From Candidatus Latescibacterota bacterium (GTDB lineage: Bacteria > Latescibacterota > UBA2968 > SICM01), in the NCBI GenBank assembly GCA_965217865.1, contig CBDCJO010000002.1, positions 3,552,001-3,616,000 of the forward strand: a stretch of 64,000 bases of DNA. Reading direction: 5' to 3'. The position numbers and the translations under genes are program-made. Below, one piece after another: positions 52,114 through 62,730 of the stretch. How positions within the stretch are numbered: the first letter of the stretch is position 1; each line of letters begins with the position of its first letter. The notes under the pieces are model-generated. The model did no database searches, had not been told where the DNA came from, and worked only from the letters and a program-made list of their open reading frames with translations.

Positions 52114-52160
52114 ACGAATCACGAATCACGAATCACGAATCACGAATCACGAATCACGAA
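52114..52160. repeat. Perfect heptamer tandem repeat (ACGAATC) x ~6.5
   Basis: ACGAATC repeated directly in the sequence. Confidence 0.95.
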
Positions 52161-52268
52161 AAGGGACGCGGCATACCGTGTCCCTTAGTTATTTGGATTT
52201 TTGCCCACCAGCGAACCGGTGGAATCTGGCCTTGTAAGGGGGAACATAAGGCTTGACGTGTTACTCTG

Positions 52269-53075
52269 TTGCCGGTATCGTTATATTATGTCTCTCCGTC
52301 AAAATATATAAAAGGAACTCCTGGTATATGGGCATCCGGTAATAGGAAAAGCGCTGAAAGGAGATTTTTGGAGGTCATAAAGACACGGATCCGGTTTTCA
52401 AGAATTCCGTGGAAATGGATTGGGGCCGGCCTTGCGGTTTTCGGGATATTGATCTTGAGCCGTGTGCTGCCCGTCAACGAATGGCTGAAGGCCTTCAACG
52501 AGCTGGTCGGAAAATTGGGTCCCTCCGGGTTGGTTGTTTTTGCAGGTGCATACGTGCTTGCGACGGTCCTGTTCCTTCCGTGCTCGGTGTTGACCGTAGG
52601 GGCCGGTTTTGCCTTCGGCATCGCATGGGGCACCCTGGTTGTCTCGATCGGTTCTACAATTGGTGCGGCCCTGGCGTTCCTCATCGCGCGCTATGTCGCC
52701 CGGGGCCGCATTGTTGCGATGGCAGAGAAAAACGAGAAGTTCAAGGCCATCGACCGGGCGATCGGCCAACAGGGTTGGAAAATGGTCGGGCTGCTCCGAT
52801 TGAGTCCGGCGATCCCGTTCAATTTGAGCAACTATGTCTATGGGCTGACTGCGGTGCGTTTCTGGCCTTACGTGCTGGCCAGTTGGATCGGAATGTTGCC
52901 GGTAACACTCCTCTATGTCTATTTAGGGGCTTTCGGTCAGGCCGGTATCCAGGCCGCTTCCAGCGTTGGAACGGAACGAAGTCCGGTTGAATTTGCGCTG
53001 CTTGGTGTCGGTCTGCTTGCCACGGTCATCGTGACGATATTGATCACCCGCATGGTTCGGAAGGTGCTGCTCTGA
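52269..53075 (+). CDS. TVP38/TMEM64 (DedA-superfamily) membrane protein (start uncertain)
   Basis: GAGFAFG, GAALAFLIARY, LLRLSPAIPFNLSNYVYGLT. Confidence 0.9.
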   Translation: MPVSLYYVSPSKYIKGTPGIWASGNRKSAERRFLEVIKTRIRFSRIPWKWIGAGLAVFGILILSRVLPVNEWLKAFNELVGKLGPSGLVVFAGAYVLATVLFLPCSVLTVGAGFAFGIAWGTLVVSIGSTIGAALAFLIARYVARGRIVAMAEKNEKFKAIDRAIGQQGWKMVGLLRLSPAIPFNLSNYVYGLTAVRFWPYVLASWIGMLPVTLLYVYLGAFGQAGIQAASSVGTERSPVEFALLGVGLLATVIVTILITRMVRKVLL

Positions 53076-53134
53076 GCTCCTTAAAGCCGCTTAAACACGT
53101 CTCTACTTTTTCGGGGATAGATCGGATCCGAACG

Positions 53135-55799
53135 ATGAGCCATGAACATCGAACGATTCTCCTTTTTGCGACGATGGTGGGTATACTCTTCATTCTTGTT
53201 CCACACGTTCTTTGGGCTCAAAGGGGGGAAGTGGTCATCTCGACCCTTGCGGGAGGGGGAAGCTCAAGGGGAGATGGAGACCTGGCGACCCGGGCCAGAC
53301 TCCTCCGGCCCAGGGGGGTGGCTGTAGACCGGGAGGGAAACGTCTATATCGCGGACTCTTTCGACGAGCTTGTTCGACGCGTGGGACCGGAGGGAATCAT
53401 TACCACCTATGCGGGGGGGGGTCAGTATCAACGAAGTCAGAGACGCCAGAAGAGTCATCAGAACGCCGACCAGGCTGGCCTTGGATTCCAGCGGTCTGGT
53501 CTACATCGCCGATCTGGCTCTGGATCGAATTCAACGCGTGGAGGCAGACGGCTCCCTTGATACCTATGCAGGGGGAGCCTCCAGCCAGGGACCGAACGGG
53601 GACGGTCTTCTGGCAACCGCTGCAAGGGTAGATGGACCGAGGGGAATTGCCTTCGATGCGGCCGGAAACCTCTATATCGCTGAAACGAACGATGACCGGA
53701 TACGTCGTGTAGAGGTATTCGGACGTATATCCACCTTTGCCGGCACCGGTGATCCCGGGTTTTTTGGAGACCGAGGATCAGCAGATCAGGCGATGTTGGA
53801 CTCTCCCAGAGGCGTTGCAGTCGGTGTCAGGGGAAATGTTTATGTCGCTGATACAAACAACCAGCGAATCAGGCGCGTGGGAACCGACGGCATCATCACC
53901 ACCTTCGCGGGCTCGGGAAACTTCGGATTTTCCGGGGACGGCGGACCGGCGATTGAGGCCAGCCTGGCCAATCCCGAAGCCGTCGCCACGGATTCGAGAG
54001 GGAATGTTTACATCGCGGACACATCGAATCACCGCATCCGCGTCGTAAACATCTCCGGTATTATCACCACTTTTGCCGGGACGGGCAGGGACAGTTTTTC
54101 AGGTGACGGAGGTCCTCCAACAGCGGCTGACTTGAGTCGGCCTTTTGATGTGGCCGTTGATCTTCAAGGGACGGTTTATATCGCAGACACTTTTAACCAA
54201 CGGGTTCGGCGCGTCGGTATGCCGGTTCAATCGATGACCCCAGCCCTGAGCTTATCGGTTTCTTGGTTACTGTATGAAAGCACGGGTGTCGGCGAGATAT
54301 CAGAGAAGACCCTGGAGATATCAAACACCGGAGATGGAATCCTTTCAACAGAAATCAGTTTAGGAGGGGAGGACGCCGATCAGTTTGTTTTGTCTCAGAC
54401 GGAGCTCAGGATACCGGCCGGCAGAGAGGTAACCGTGAATGTGCTGTTTTTGCCGGTATCGGAGGGACCGAAGCGGGCTTCGGTTTCAATTAAACACAAC
54501 GCCGTAGGGAGCCCTTCGTCGATTGAATTGAAGGGGACGGGGGCTGGAATTCATCGTATCGAAACCTTTGCGGGCACTGATAATCTAGGATTTCCAGGAT
54601 TTTCCGGGGACGGCGGACCGGCGATTGAGGCCCTCCTGAATACCCCCCATGCCGTTGTCTCGGATAGCCATGGGAATCTCTTTATCGCTGATAGCTTTAA
54701 CGACCGGATTCGGAAGGTAAGCCCGGACGGAATTATTTCGACGATTGCAGGCACCGGGAGCGGGGGGGGTTCAGGGGATGAGGGACCTGCCACACAGGCT
54801 CAGTTGAATTTTCCCGGAGATATAGCGACGGATTCTCAGGGGGTCATTTACATCGCCGACGCGGGCAATCACCGCGTTCGCCGGTTAGATCCGGAGGGAA
54901 CAATCACGACCTTCGCGGGTTCGGGTGTCGAGGGGTTCTCAGGGGATGGAGGGCCGGCCACCGAGGCTCGCCTGGACTTCCCGATCGGTGTGGCAGTTGA
55001 TCCCCAGGGTTTTGTCTATATCGTGGACTCGAACAACCACCGTATACGGGGCGTGACCCCGGAAGGGATCATCACGACCTTTGCGGGTTCGGGGTCTGCC
55101 GGTCTGGGAAACGGCGCCTATTCGGGCGATGGTGGACTAGCGAATGAAGCTCGTTTGAACAATCCATTAGGCATGGGGTTGGATGCACAGGGTTCGGTTT
55201 ACATCGCGGATTCGGGTAATCATAGGATACGCCGCGTGAACCCAGAGGGGGTCACGACGACATTTGCCGGCTCGGGAACGGAAGGATATTCAGGGGATGG
55301 GAGATCCCCGGTTAAAGCCCAGTTAAGAACGCCAAGGGGCGTAACTATCGATCCAAATGGTATCGTATACATCGCGGACTCGGGCAATCATCGGATACGA
55401 CGGGTAAACCTGGATGGAATCATGACGACCTTCGCCGGTCCCGTGGGCTCTACCCTCGAACAGAGCGGTGATTCCGGGGACGGGGGGCCGGCCGCAGAAG
55501 CCCGTTTGAACTTCCCCACCAGCCTGGCCGTGGATGCGGAAGGGTTAGTATACATTGCGGATTCAGGTAATCACAGGATTCGGGTGGTCGAGATGGAAGG
55601 CGGCGGCCTCGGGGGTGGTGGAGAAGGACTTTCTTCTGACTTCGACAATGACGGGGATGTGGACTTCGATGATTTCTTTGCGTTCGCAGCGGCTTTTGGA
55701 AAGGAAGCATTGGGGGCGGACGCGAGATTCGATCTGGACGGGGACGGCGAGGTGAATTTTGATGACTTCTTCGAGTTTGCAGCGGCGTTTGGAACGTAA
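53135..55799 (+). CDS. Secreted NHL-repeat protein with Ig-like linker and EF-hand tail, frameshift at a G9 run (53413-53421)
   Basis: About a dozen GDGGPA..A.L..P.GVAVD..G.VYIADS.NHRIR repeats; tail DFDNDGDVDFDDFFAFAAAFG. Confidence 0.88.
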
Positions 55800-56001
55800 A
55801 TGTAAAGCGGGGGGTCGGAGACCGGAGGTCAGAGGTCAGGGAAGGAAATTGCAAAGTGAAAAATGGAGAATGCAAAAATGTAAGACTCTAAATTAAAGTC
55901 TTTATTCCTCTTCCCTATTAAGGAAGGGGCTTAGGGGTTAGGTTTGACCCCTCACCGAATTTTGTATGTTCGGCATAACTATTCTTGGATTGGATTACCT
56001 T

Positions 56002-56031
56002 CGTAGGGGCACGACGCATCGTGCCCCTACG
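56002..56031. repeat. GTAG-type REP palindrome
   Basis: CGTAGGGGCACGA-CGCA-TCGTGCCCCTACG, a perfect 13-bp stem. Confidence 0.8.
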
Positions 56032-56288
56032 GGGCTTTATAGCGGGTTATTCTGCTTGACAACCTTTGGATTCCACGTCATCATAACTTCAAGTTGACGA
56101 CGACGGATGCCCTCAGCAGCTTTGTAGGGCACGTTCTCAGTTCGTTTTTAAAGAACGGATCGGCAGTTGGGAAAAAAATCCCGAGCAATAAAAAGACAGG
56201 GGAGAGACCCCAATTATCCATCGGGTTCCCCAGCCCCACCCTTCGACCTGGTCATCGTGGGACTTTGCGTTAGGTTATTTCGGTCGCA

Positions 56289-58526
56289 TTGGTTTACCTG
56301 CCGGGTATAGAGGGGTATATCCTGCTGCCGAAGCTGTTGGCATTTCAGGTATGTCTCGCAATATGTCTGGTTGGATGGCTTGCGAAGACAGGATGGGGGC
56401 GTGAGGTTCGATTTCGCTCAAGCCCGCTCAACTTGCCCGTGGTTCTGCTGCTTGGCTCCGCATTGATATCCGCTCCGGCCACCACGCATCCCCTGGATAC
56501 CGTAGTCGAACTGTGCAATCTCGGCACACTGGTCATTCTTTTTTTTATCGTGGCGAACACGATTCCCCTCAATAGATTCGAACCTGTTTTGTGGGGGTTC
56601 ACTTTCGCGGGGTTGGTCGTTGCGTTGATCGGCATCCTGCAATATCACAATATCGCTTTTTTAAGAATTCCTTCCAACGCACTTCCCAGCGCGACTTTCG
56701 GCAACCGCAACCTCGCCGCAGAATACCTGATCTGCGTCATCCCGATTTCCGGGTTTCTGTTTCTCCGCCGGGGAGCGGGTTTTTTTGTTTGCGGCCTCTC
56801 AACCACCCTGATGGGCGTGTTCCTGGTTTACACCCGCACTCGCGGCGCGTGGTTGGGGGCGGGGGGGGCGGTTCTCTTCGTGGGAGGGCTGCTTGCTTTC
56901 TGTCCGGCGCTGCGCCGTCCTATTTTCGAGGCTGTTCGATCCGAGATGGATCGCCGTAAGTGGTCTATCGTATCCGGCTTCCTGGTCCTGTTCGTCCTCC
57001 TCTCAAGCCTCCCCCCTTATCGGGACCTCGATTCCTTTGAGGGCAAGGCGCTGCGTAGGCTCCCCGAAACCAAGAAAGGGGTTGTTTCTGCGGCCGCATC
57101 GATTTTCAAGAAGGAATCGATACAGGAGGGGGGAATTGTCGAGCGGCTGGCATTATGGCGAGGGGCCCTTGATATGGTCGGTGATCACCCCATTCTTGGG
57201 GTGGGGCCGGGAGGATGGATTCGAACTTATCCGCTCTACGATGGCGGCATCACGGTCACGATAGGGGGATATCACAGGCGGCCCCACAACGATTACCTGT
57301 GGATCGCCTCTGAGTATGGCCTATTGGGTCTCGGCATCTATATCTGGTTTCTGATCGCAGGCTTCCGGTGTCTTGTGGGTATGGTCCGCGGACCAGATCG
57401 GATTGCCAGAATCGCTGCGCCGATGTTCGCGTTATCCCTTTTATCCCTTCTGGGTGCCGCGTTCGTGGGTTTCCCAAGAGAAGAGGTTCAGACCGCCCTT
57501 TTTCCATACCTGCTGTTCGGGGTTGCTGCGGGAGCCACTGCCCGCGGACCCATCCCAGGCTCAACTTTTTCCCTGGGCCGTTGGATCGTCGTAATCTTTC
57601 TGGCTATCTCCCTGGGCGCCGCCGAACTGTCCCGGCGTCGGATCAGTTTCGACCGGCATTTTCTTCGGGCGTACCGGGCGGCATCCGTAGAAGAATGGCC
57701 GGGTGTCCTGGACGAAGCCGATCGTGCGTGGGGATTTGGTTCCTTCCGGACGGACCTGTTGTTTTTCAAGGGAGCGGCACTCCAAAGGATGAGACGTTAT
57801 CCGGAAGCTGAACGAGCTTATCGAAAGGCGCTGGCTCTGGCCCCGAACGCCTGGTATGTTCACGATGGCCTGGGATTTGTGTATATGCAGATGGACCTTT
57901 TCGAAAAGGCGTTGGAACATTGCGATAAGGCTCTGGCCATCTGTCCAGGTGCAGGGCATATTCGAGCATATCTCGGCATGATTTATTCGCGAACCGGCCA
58001 TCCGAATTGGGCAAAAAAGGAGTTCAAGGCGGCCCTCGCAGCCGATCCCGAGCACACAGAAGCACGAATCTTTCTTGGTAACCTCTATCTGGAACAGGGT
58101 CAGCCGGATAGCTCGATTGTCGAATATCAACAGGCCCTTCAGATCGACCCCGATCTGGACCGTGCACATCTGAACCTTGCTGCGGTATACCAGCAACAGG
58201 AGCGATTCCAGGAGGCTCTTGTTCATTATCGTAAAGCGCTCCGGACTTTCTCCGAGAATCCCAAGGTTCAATGGGGTCTGGGAACGGCTCTGGAGGCGGC
58301 TGGAGATGAGAGGGGAGCAGAAACGGCGTACCGGAAGGCGATTGATCTGAATCCGGAATTCGCGCAGGCCCATTTCGCCCTTGGGAATCTGACATATCAA
58401 TCTGGACGATATAAAGAAGCACAAGAGGCATACCGGATGTTCCTGGGCTTCTGGAAAGGTGATGCGGACTTCGCCCAGTTTGCAAAAGACAGGATCGCGC
58501 GGTGCGAACGGCGTTCGAAAAATTAA
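56289..58526 (+). CDS. O-antigen ligase-family membrane protein with TPR repeats
   Basis: ATFGNRNL, TRTRGAWLG, RLALW, HPILGVGPG, PHNDYL, then several TPRs. The real start may be upstream. Confidence 0.9.
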   Translation: MVYLPGIEGYILLPKLLAFQVCLAICLVGWLAKTGWGREVRFRSSPLNLPVVLLLGSALISAPATTHPLDTVVELCNLGTLVILFFIVANTIPLNRFEPVLWGFTFAGLVVALIGILQYHNIAFLRIPSNALPSATFGNRNLAAEYLICVIPISGFLFLRRGAGFFVCGLSTTLMGVFLVYTRTRGAWLGAGGAVLFVGGLLAFCPALRRPIFEAVRSEMDRRKWSIVSGFLVLFVLLSSLPPYRDLDSFEGKALRRLPETKKGVVSAAASIFKKESIQEGGIVERLALWRGALDMVGDHPILGVGPGGWIRTYPLYDGGITVTIGGYHRRPHNDYLWIASEYGLLGLGIYIWFLIAGFRCLVGMVRGPDRIARIAAPMFALSLLSLLGAAFVGFPREEVQTALFPYLLFGVAAGATARGPIPGSTFSLGRWIVVIFLAISLGAAELSRRRISFDRHFLRAYRAASVEEWPGVLDEADRAWGFGSFRTDLLFFKGAALQRMRRYPEAERAYRKALALAPNAWYVHDGLGFVYMQMDLFEKALEHCDKALAICPGAGHIRAYLGMIYSRTGHPNWAKKEFKAALAADPEHTEARIFLGNLYLEQGQPDSSIVEYQQALQIDPDLDRAHLNLAAVYQQQERFQEALVHYRKALRTFSENPKVQWGLGTALEAAGDERGAETAYRKAIDLNPEFAQAHFALGNLTYQSGRYKEAQEAYRMFLGFWKGDADFAQFAKDRIARCERRSKN

Positions 58527-58745
58527 TACCTTCGTGCGACATCGGATCGATGCGTGTAAAGTTTCCTCTTTTTCAAAACCGATTACTATTAAGCTCCGAA
58601 GACGGGTGCTTCGGGGCTTTTATCGTTTTTTTCTGCTTGACAACCTATGGATTCCACGCCATCATGACCCAGGTCTTAAAAGAAATAGAAAAGCTTTTCG
58701 GCCTTTTCTCAACCTCCTGATCGTGGCAATCTGAATAGCCTGGAG

Positions 58746-59477
58746 ATGTTTATGTTTGAAGAGATTAATAATCAACGCGGGGAAAGGTTGGATTATAGTT
58801 TTCACGAGGGTGAAAAGGCCTCCAAAAACATCGTGGTCCTCGGACATGGCGTCACCGGCAACAAAGACCGGCCATTTATCGTCGCTCTGGGTGAGGGATT
58901 GGCTGCTCAGGGATTTTCTGCTTTAAGGATCTCGTTCTCGGGAAACGGCGCCTCGGGAGGGAGTTTCATCGACTCCAATATTTCCAAAGAGGTCGATGAC
59001 CTTGGAGCGGTACTGGATGCCCTTGTGGGATATTCTATCGGTTATGTGGGTCACAGCATGGGCAGTGCGGTGGGTGTGCTTTTGGCCAGCATGGATGATC
59101 GCGTGAAGTTCCTTGTTTCCCTCGCGGGAATGGTTCATACGGGTGCATTCGCCCAGCGTGAATTTTCGGACGTGACGCCGGGGCAGGGTACCATGTGGGA
59201 CGACCCGGACTGTCCTCTCTCTCAGGCTTACATGGATGATTTGATGCAGATCGATACGGTCATTGGGTGCACAACCCATATCCGTGTTCCCTGGTTGCTG
59301 GTCCACGGGAAAGATGACGACGTCGTCCCCGTCCAGGATTCACACGACATCTTTCAAAAGGCGAACGAACCGAAACAGTTGATCGAGATCGACGGTGCGG
59401 GCCACATCTTTTCCGGTGATTCGACTGGTGTCATGGTCGATAAGGTGGTGGACTGGATCAAAAATCAATATGGGTGA
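58746..59477 (+). CDS. Alpha/beta hydrolase
   Basis: GHG, GHSMG nucleophile elbow, HGKDDDVV, GAGHIF. Confidence 0.92.
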   Translation: MFMFEEINNQRGERLDYSFHEGEKASKNIVVLGHGVTGNKDRPFIVALGEGLAAQGFSALRISFSGNGASGGSFIDSNISKEVDDLGAVLDALVGYSIGYVGHSMGSAVGVLLASMDDRVKFLVSLAGMVHTGAFAQREFSDVTPGQGTMWDDPDCPLSQAYMDDLMQIDTVIGCTTHIRVPWLLVHGKDDDVVPVQDSHDIFQKANEPKQLIEIDGAGHIFSGDSTGVMVDKVVDWIKNQYG

Positions 59478-59490
59478 TCGGATAAGTTAG

Positions 59491-59952
59491 ATGAAGATCC
59501 AAGTTGGGGATGTGGCCCCCGACTTTTCTACCCCCGACCAGAACGGTAAGCTGGTTTCCCTCGCTGACTTTCGAGGGAAAGCGGTCGTGCTCTACTTCTA
59601 CCCGAGGGACGACACTCCCGGCTGCACGAGAGAGGCAAAGGGATTCCGGGACTCTTATCAGGCCTTCACCGAAGAAGGGGCCGTCGTGATCGGGGTGAGT
59701 GCAGACTCCCAGGAAAGCCACCTCTCCTTCGCCACCTGCCATCGCTTGCCCTTCCCTCTCCTTTCAGACGCAGACGGGTCCCTTCGCAAGTCGTTCGGCG
59801 TGCCGAGAACACTGGGCATACTGGACGGGCGGGTCACTTACGTTCTCGACGGGCATGGTGTAATACGGGATGTGTTCGCCTCCCAGTTTTTGCCCGATCT
59901 TCACATTTCCCGATCGCTGAAGGCGGTGTGCCGATTGGCGAATCGAGGGTAA
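59491..59952 (+). CDS. bcp: Peroxiredoxin (Bcp/PrxQ)
   Basis: VLYFYPRDDTPGCTREA. Confidence 0.9.
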   Translation: MKIQVGDVAPDFSTPDQNGKLVSLADFRGKAVVLYFYPRDDTPGCTREAKGFRDSYQAFTEEGAVVIGVSADSQESHLSFATCHRLPFPLLSDADGSLRKSFGVPRTLGILDGRVTYVLDGHGVIRDVFASQFLPDLHISRSLKAVCRLANRG

Positions 59953-59958
59953 GCTCCG

Positions 59959-60828
59959 ATGGAATCCGAGCCGATTCTCTATGAGTCCCATATGCACACC
60001 CCCCTGTGCAAACATGCCTCCGGGGATCCTGAGGAATACGCCGAAGCCGCTCGACATCGTGGACTGAAGGGGATCATCGTCACCTGTCATAATCCCACGA
60101 ATGACGGATGGTCTCCCGCCACCCGAATGGATCGTGATGAATTCGAGGATTACCTCGCCCTGGTTGAAAGGGCCAGGGAAGCCTGGACGGGACGGATCGA
60201 CGTTCGACTGGGGCTGGAAAGCGATTTTGCACCGGGAATGGAAGAGTGGTTGGAAGATCTTCACAGCCGAGCCAGGTTCCATCACGTGCTCGGGTCCGTC
60301 CATCCCACGCTTCCGGACTATCAGGATCGATACCTCTCCGGAGATCTTGAAGCCTTTCAGCGAACCTACTTCGAGCATCTCGCCATGGCGGCGGAAACGG
60401 GGCTTTTCGATACGATCGCCCATCCTGACCTGGTCAAACTCGTGGAGCCGTCGGAATGGAAGGTCGAGGTCCTGATGGACCACATCTGTCGTTGTCTGGA
60501 CCGGATTGCCGCGACGGGAACGGCCATGGAGGTAAACACATCGGGGCTTAACAAGATCGTCCCGGAGATTAATCCCTGCCGACCTATTCTGGAGGAGATC
60601 TTCGAGCGGGACATCCCGGTGGTTTTAGGGGCGGACGCTCATCAACCGGAAAGGACTGCCGCGGCGTTTGAAGTCGCAATGGATCTGCTCACGGAGATCG
60701 GGTTTACCCATATCAACATCTTTCTGGATCGAAATCGTCTGGCACTCGACATCGGTCAGGCCCGCCGGAGTTTGCGTTTCGAATCAGTCCCTGAATTCAT
60801 TGATCGAAGGGGATTCATAAAGGGATGA
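59959..60828 (+). CDS. PHP-family histidinol-phosphatase (HisJ-like)
   Basis: SHMHTPLCKHA, LGLE, LGSVH, AHPDL, EVNTSG, GADAH. Confidence 0.88.
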   Translation: MESEPILYESHMHTPLCKHASGDPEEYAEAARHRGLKGIIVTCHNPTNDGWSPATRMDRDEFEDYLALVERAREAWTGRIDVRLGLESDFAPGMEEWLEDLHSRARFHHVLGSVHPTLPDYQDRYLSGDLEAFQRTYFEHLAMAAETGLFDTIAHPDLVKLVEPSEWKVEVLMDHICRCLDRIAATGTAMEVNTSGLNKIVPEINPCRPILEEIFERDIPVVLGADAHQPERTAAAFEVAMDLLTEIGFTHINIFLDRNRLALDIGQARRSLRFESVPEFIDRRGFIKG

Positions 60829-61667
60829 CCACCCCGCGTAGAGAGAAATACCGGGTCAGCATTGACCAGATCTGTTTTTTCGGTCACAATGGCTATTTGA
60901 AGGTCCAGGGAATTATTTCGGATTCGGAGCTGGCTGAGCTGGATGAACATTCCATGAACATGGCCATGAATCGGGTCTATCTGAGGTTGCCGGAGGACGT
61001 AAAACCCCGGAACGAGGGAACTTCACCAGCCGAGATGGAGGACAAGTACTTTCGCTTCATCCAGTTTCACCGGCACCTGGAAATCCACGAGCACTTTATG
61101 TTGCATCCCGGGATTCTTGATGTCCTGGAGGTCTTGATCGGGCCCGATGTCATGACGATGCAGAGCATGCTCTTTCTGAAACCCCCTGGGAAACCCGGCC
61201 AGGCCTATCATCAGGACTCTTTCTACATCGACACGGCGCCCGACACCCTCTGCGGGGCCTGGATTGCGATTGATGACTGCGATGAGGAGAACGGCTGCAT
61301 GAGCGCAATTCCCGGTTCCAATTTATTCCCGGTCTTTCAAAATGTTACGTCCCCGGAGAGCACGGATGATTTTCAAGAGGGGCTGACCGAGGTCGTCGGA
61401 GTTGAGGATAGGAAAGAAGCATTTCTTAAGGCCAAGGCGGGAGATGTGATTTATTTTCACGGCCATCTGATCCATCGGTCCCGTCAGAACAGAAGCAGGG
61501 ACCGCTTTCGAAGGGCTTATGTCTGTCACTACGCCAACGCGCGGTCCTATACGAAATGGGGCGGAGGAAACGCGAATCACATTCTTGCCCGGGGGGAAAC
61601 CCATTTGCCGTTCGCCCGGGCAAAATTTATGGATCACAAACCTGAACCCGTGGAACGTTTAAATTAA
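60825..61667 (+). CDS. Phytanoyl-CoA dioxygenase (PhyH) family protein
   Basis: KPPG, HQD, WIAIDD, NGC, PGS, GD..FHG..HRS..N.S...RR. Confidence 0.9.
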   Translation: MTTPRREKYRVSIDQICFFGHNGYLKVQGIISDSELAELDEHSMNMAMNRVYLRLPEDVKPRNEGTSPAEMEDKYFRFIQFHRHLEIHEHFMLHPGILDVLEVLIGPDVMTMQSMLFLKPPGKPGQAYHQDSFYIDTAPDTLCGAWIAIDDCDEENGCMSAIPGSNLFPVFQNVTSPESTDDFQEGLTEVVGVEDRKEAFLKAKAGDVIYFHGHLIHRSRQNRSRDRFRRAYVCHYANARSYTKWGGGNANHILARGETHLPFARAKFMDHKPEPVERLN

Positions 61668-61771
61668 GTCCTTCGACAATGTTGCCCGGCAACTATCATC
61701 TGGTTAAGTCGCTGAAGTTAAAATCGGAATAGCCCTTCTTCCTGACCCCTGAAAGACATCTGAAGGGACAG

Positions 61772-62551
61772 ATGGCAAAACGTCTGCAGGACAAAGTTGT
61801 GATCGTCACCGGAGGGGGCACGGGCATCGGCTTGGGAATCGCTCGGAGTTGTGTGCTGGAGGGGGCTGCGGTGGTGTTGGCGCAACGGAGATCCGAAATC
61901 GCAGAGCAGGAGGCCACGGCGTTGCGTGGGGACGGACATCGCGCCCTTGGCACCCGGTGCGATGTCAGTGTGCGGTCGGATGTCAAAGCGCTCGTGCAAA
62001 CCGCGGTCTCTGAATTCGGACGATTGGACGTGATGGTGAACAACGCCGCCCTTACGGGCCGTTCCGCTGAATCACGGCCTTTCATGGACGAAACGGACGA
62101 ACACTGGGGGAGAATCATAGGAATCAATCTCAATGGGGCATTTATCGGCACGCAAGAGGCCGCGCACCAGATGATCTCACAGGGGGGATCCGGCAGCATC
62201 ATCAACATCTCGTCCGTTGCGCAGTACGCTGCCCAGGAACACGCCGCGCCATACTGTGCAAGCAAGGCGGGCCTGGATGGGCTGACCAAAGCCGCGGCCA
62301 TCGAACTGGGGCCTTACGGGATCCGGGTCAACAACATCGCGCCGGGGGATATATTCACGGAGGCAAGCTCGGATATTCGGGAGAAGGCCACCGATCGTGG
62401 GGCAACCGGAAAGTTCTTTCGACACACTCCCCTGGACCGCCGAGGTCGGCCGAAGGAGGTCGGAACGGTCGTGGTCTTCCTTGCGAGTGAAGAGGCGAGT
62501 TTCGTCACCGGCGCGACCTGGCTGGTGGACGGCGGGTTTTTGAGTTATTGA
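61772..62551 (+). CDS. Short-chain dehydrogenase/reductase
   Basis: TGGGTGIG, NNAA, NISS, YCASK, VDGG. Confidence 0.95.
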   Translation: MAKRLQDKVVIVTGGGTGIGLGIARSCVLEGAAVVLAQRRSEIAEQEATALRGDGHRALGTRCDVSVRSDVKALVQTAVSEFGRLDVMVNNAALTGRSAESRPFMDETDEHWGRIIGINLNGAFIGTQEAAHQMISQGGSGSIINISSVAQYAAQEHAAPYCASKAGLDGLTKAAAIELGPYGIRVNNIAPGDIFTEASSDIREKATDRGATGKFFRHTPLDRRGRPKEVGTVVVFLASEEASFVTGATWLVDGGFLSY

Positions 62552-62730
62552 TTAAATGGCAGAGGTCAGGGAAATTGAAGATTGGGGATCGGGTGTTGAA
62601 GATCAGGGGGAGAAAAATGCAAGGTGAAAAATGCAAAATGGAAATCGGAAAATAGGTCAGAATGAGAGTACGGCGACAGAAGCCCGGAGGAGGAAGTCAA
62701 AACCTGACCTCTTATAAGCCGGAGGGATAT

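Noticed and set aside
47250-52160. Repeats as a CRISPR array
   Set aside because: Units are 7-bp and degenerate, with no constant 23-47-bp repeat and unique spacers, and no cas genes are present.
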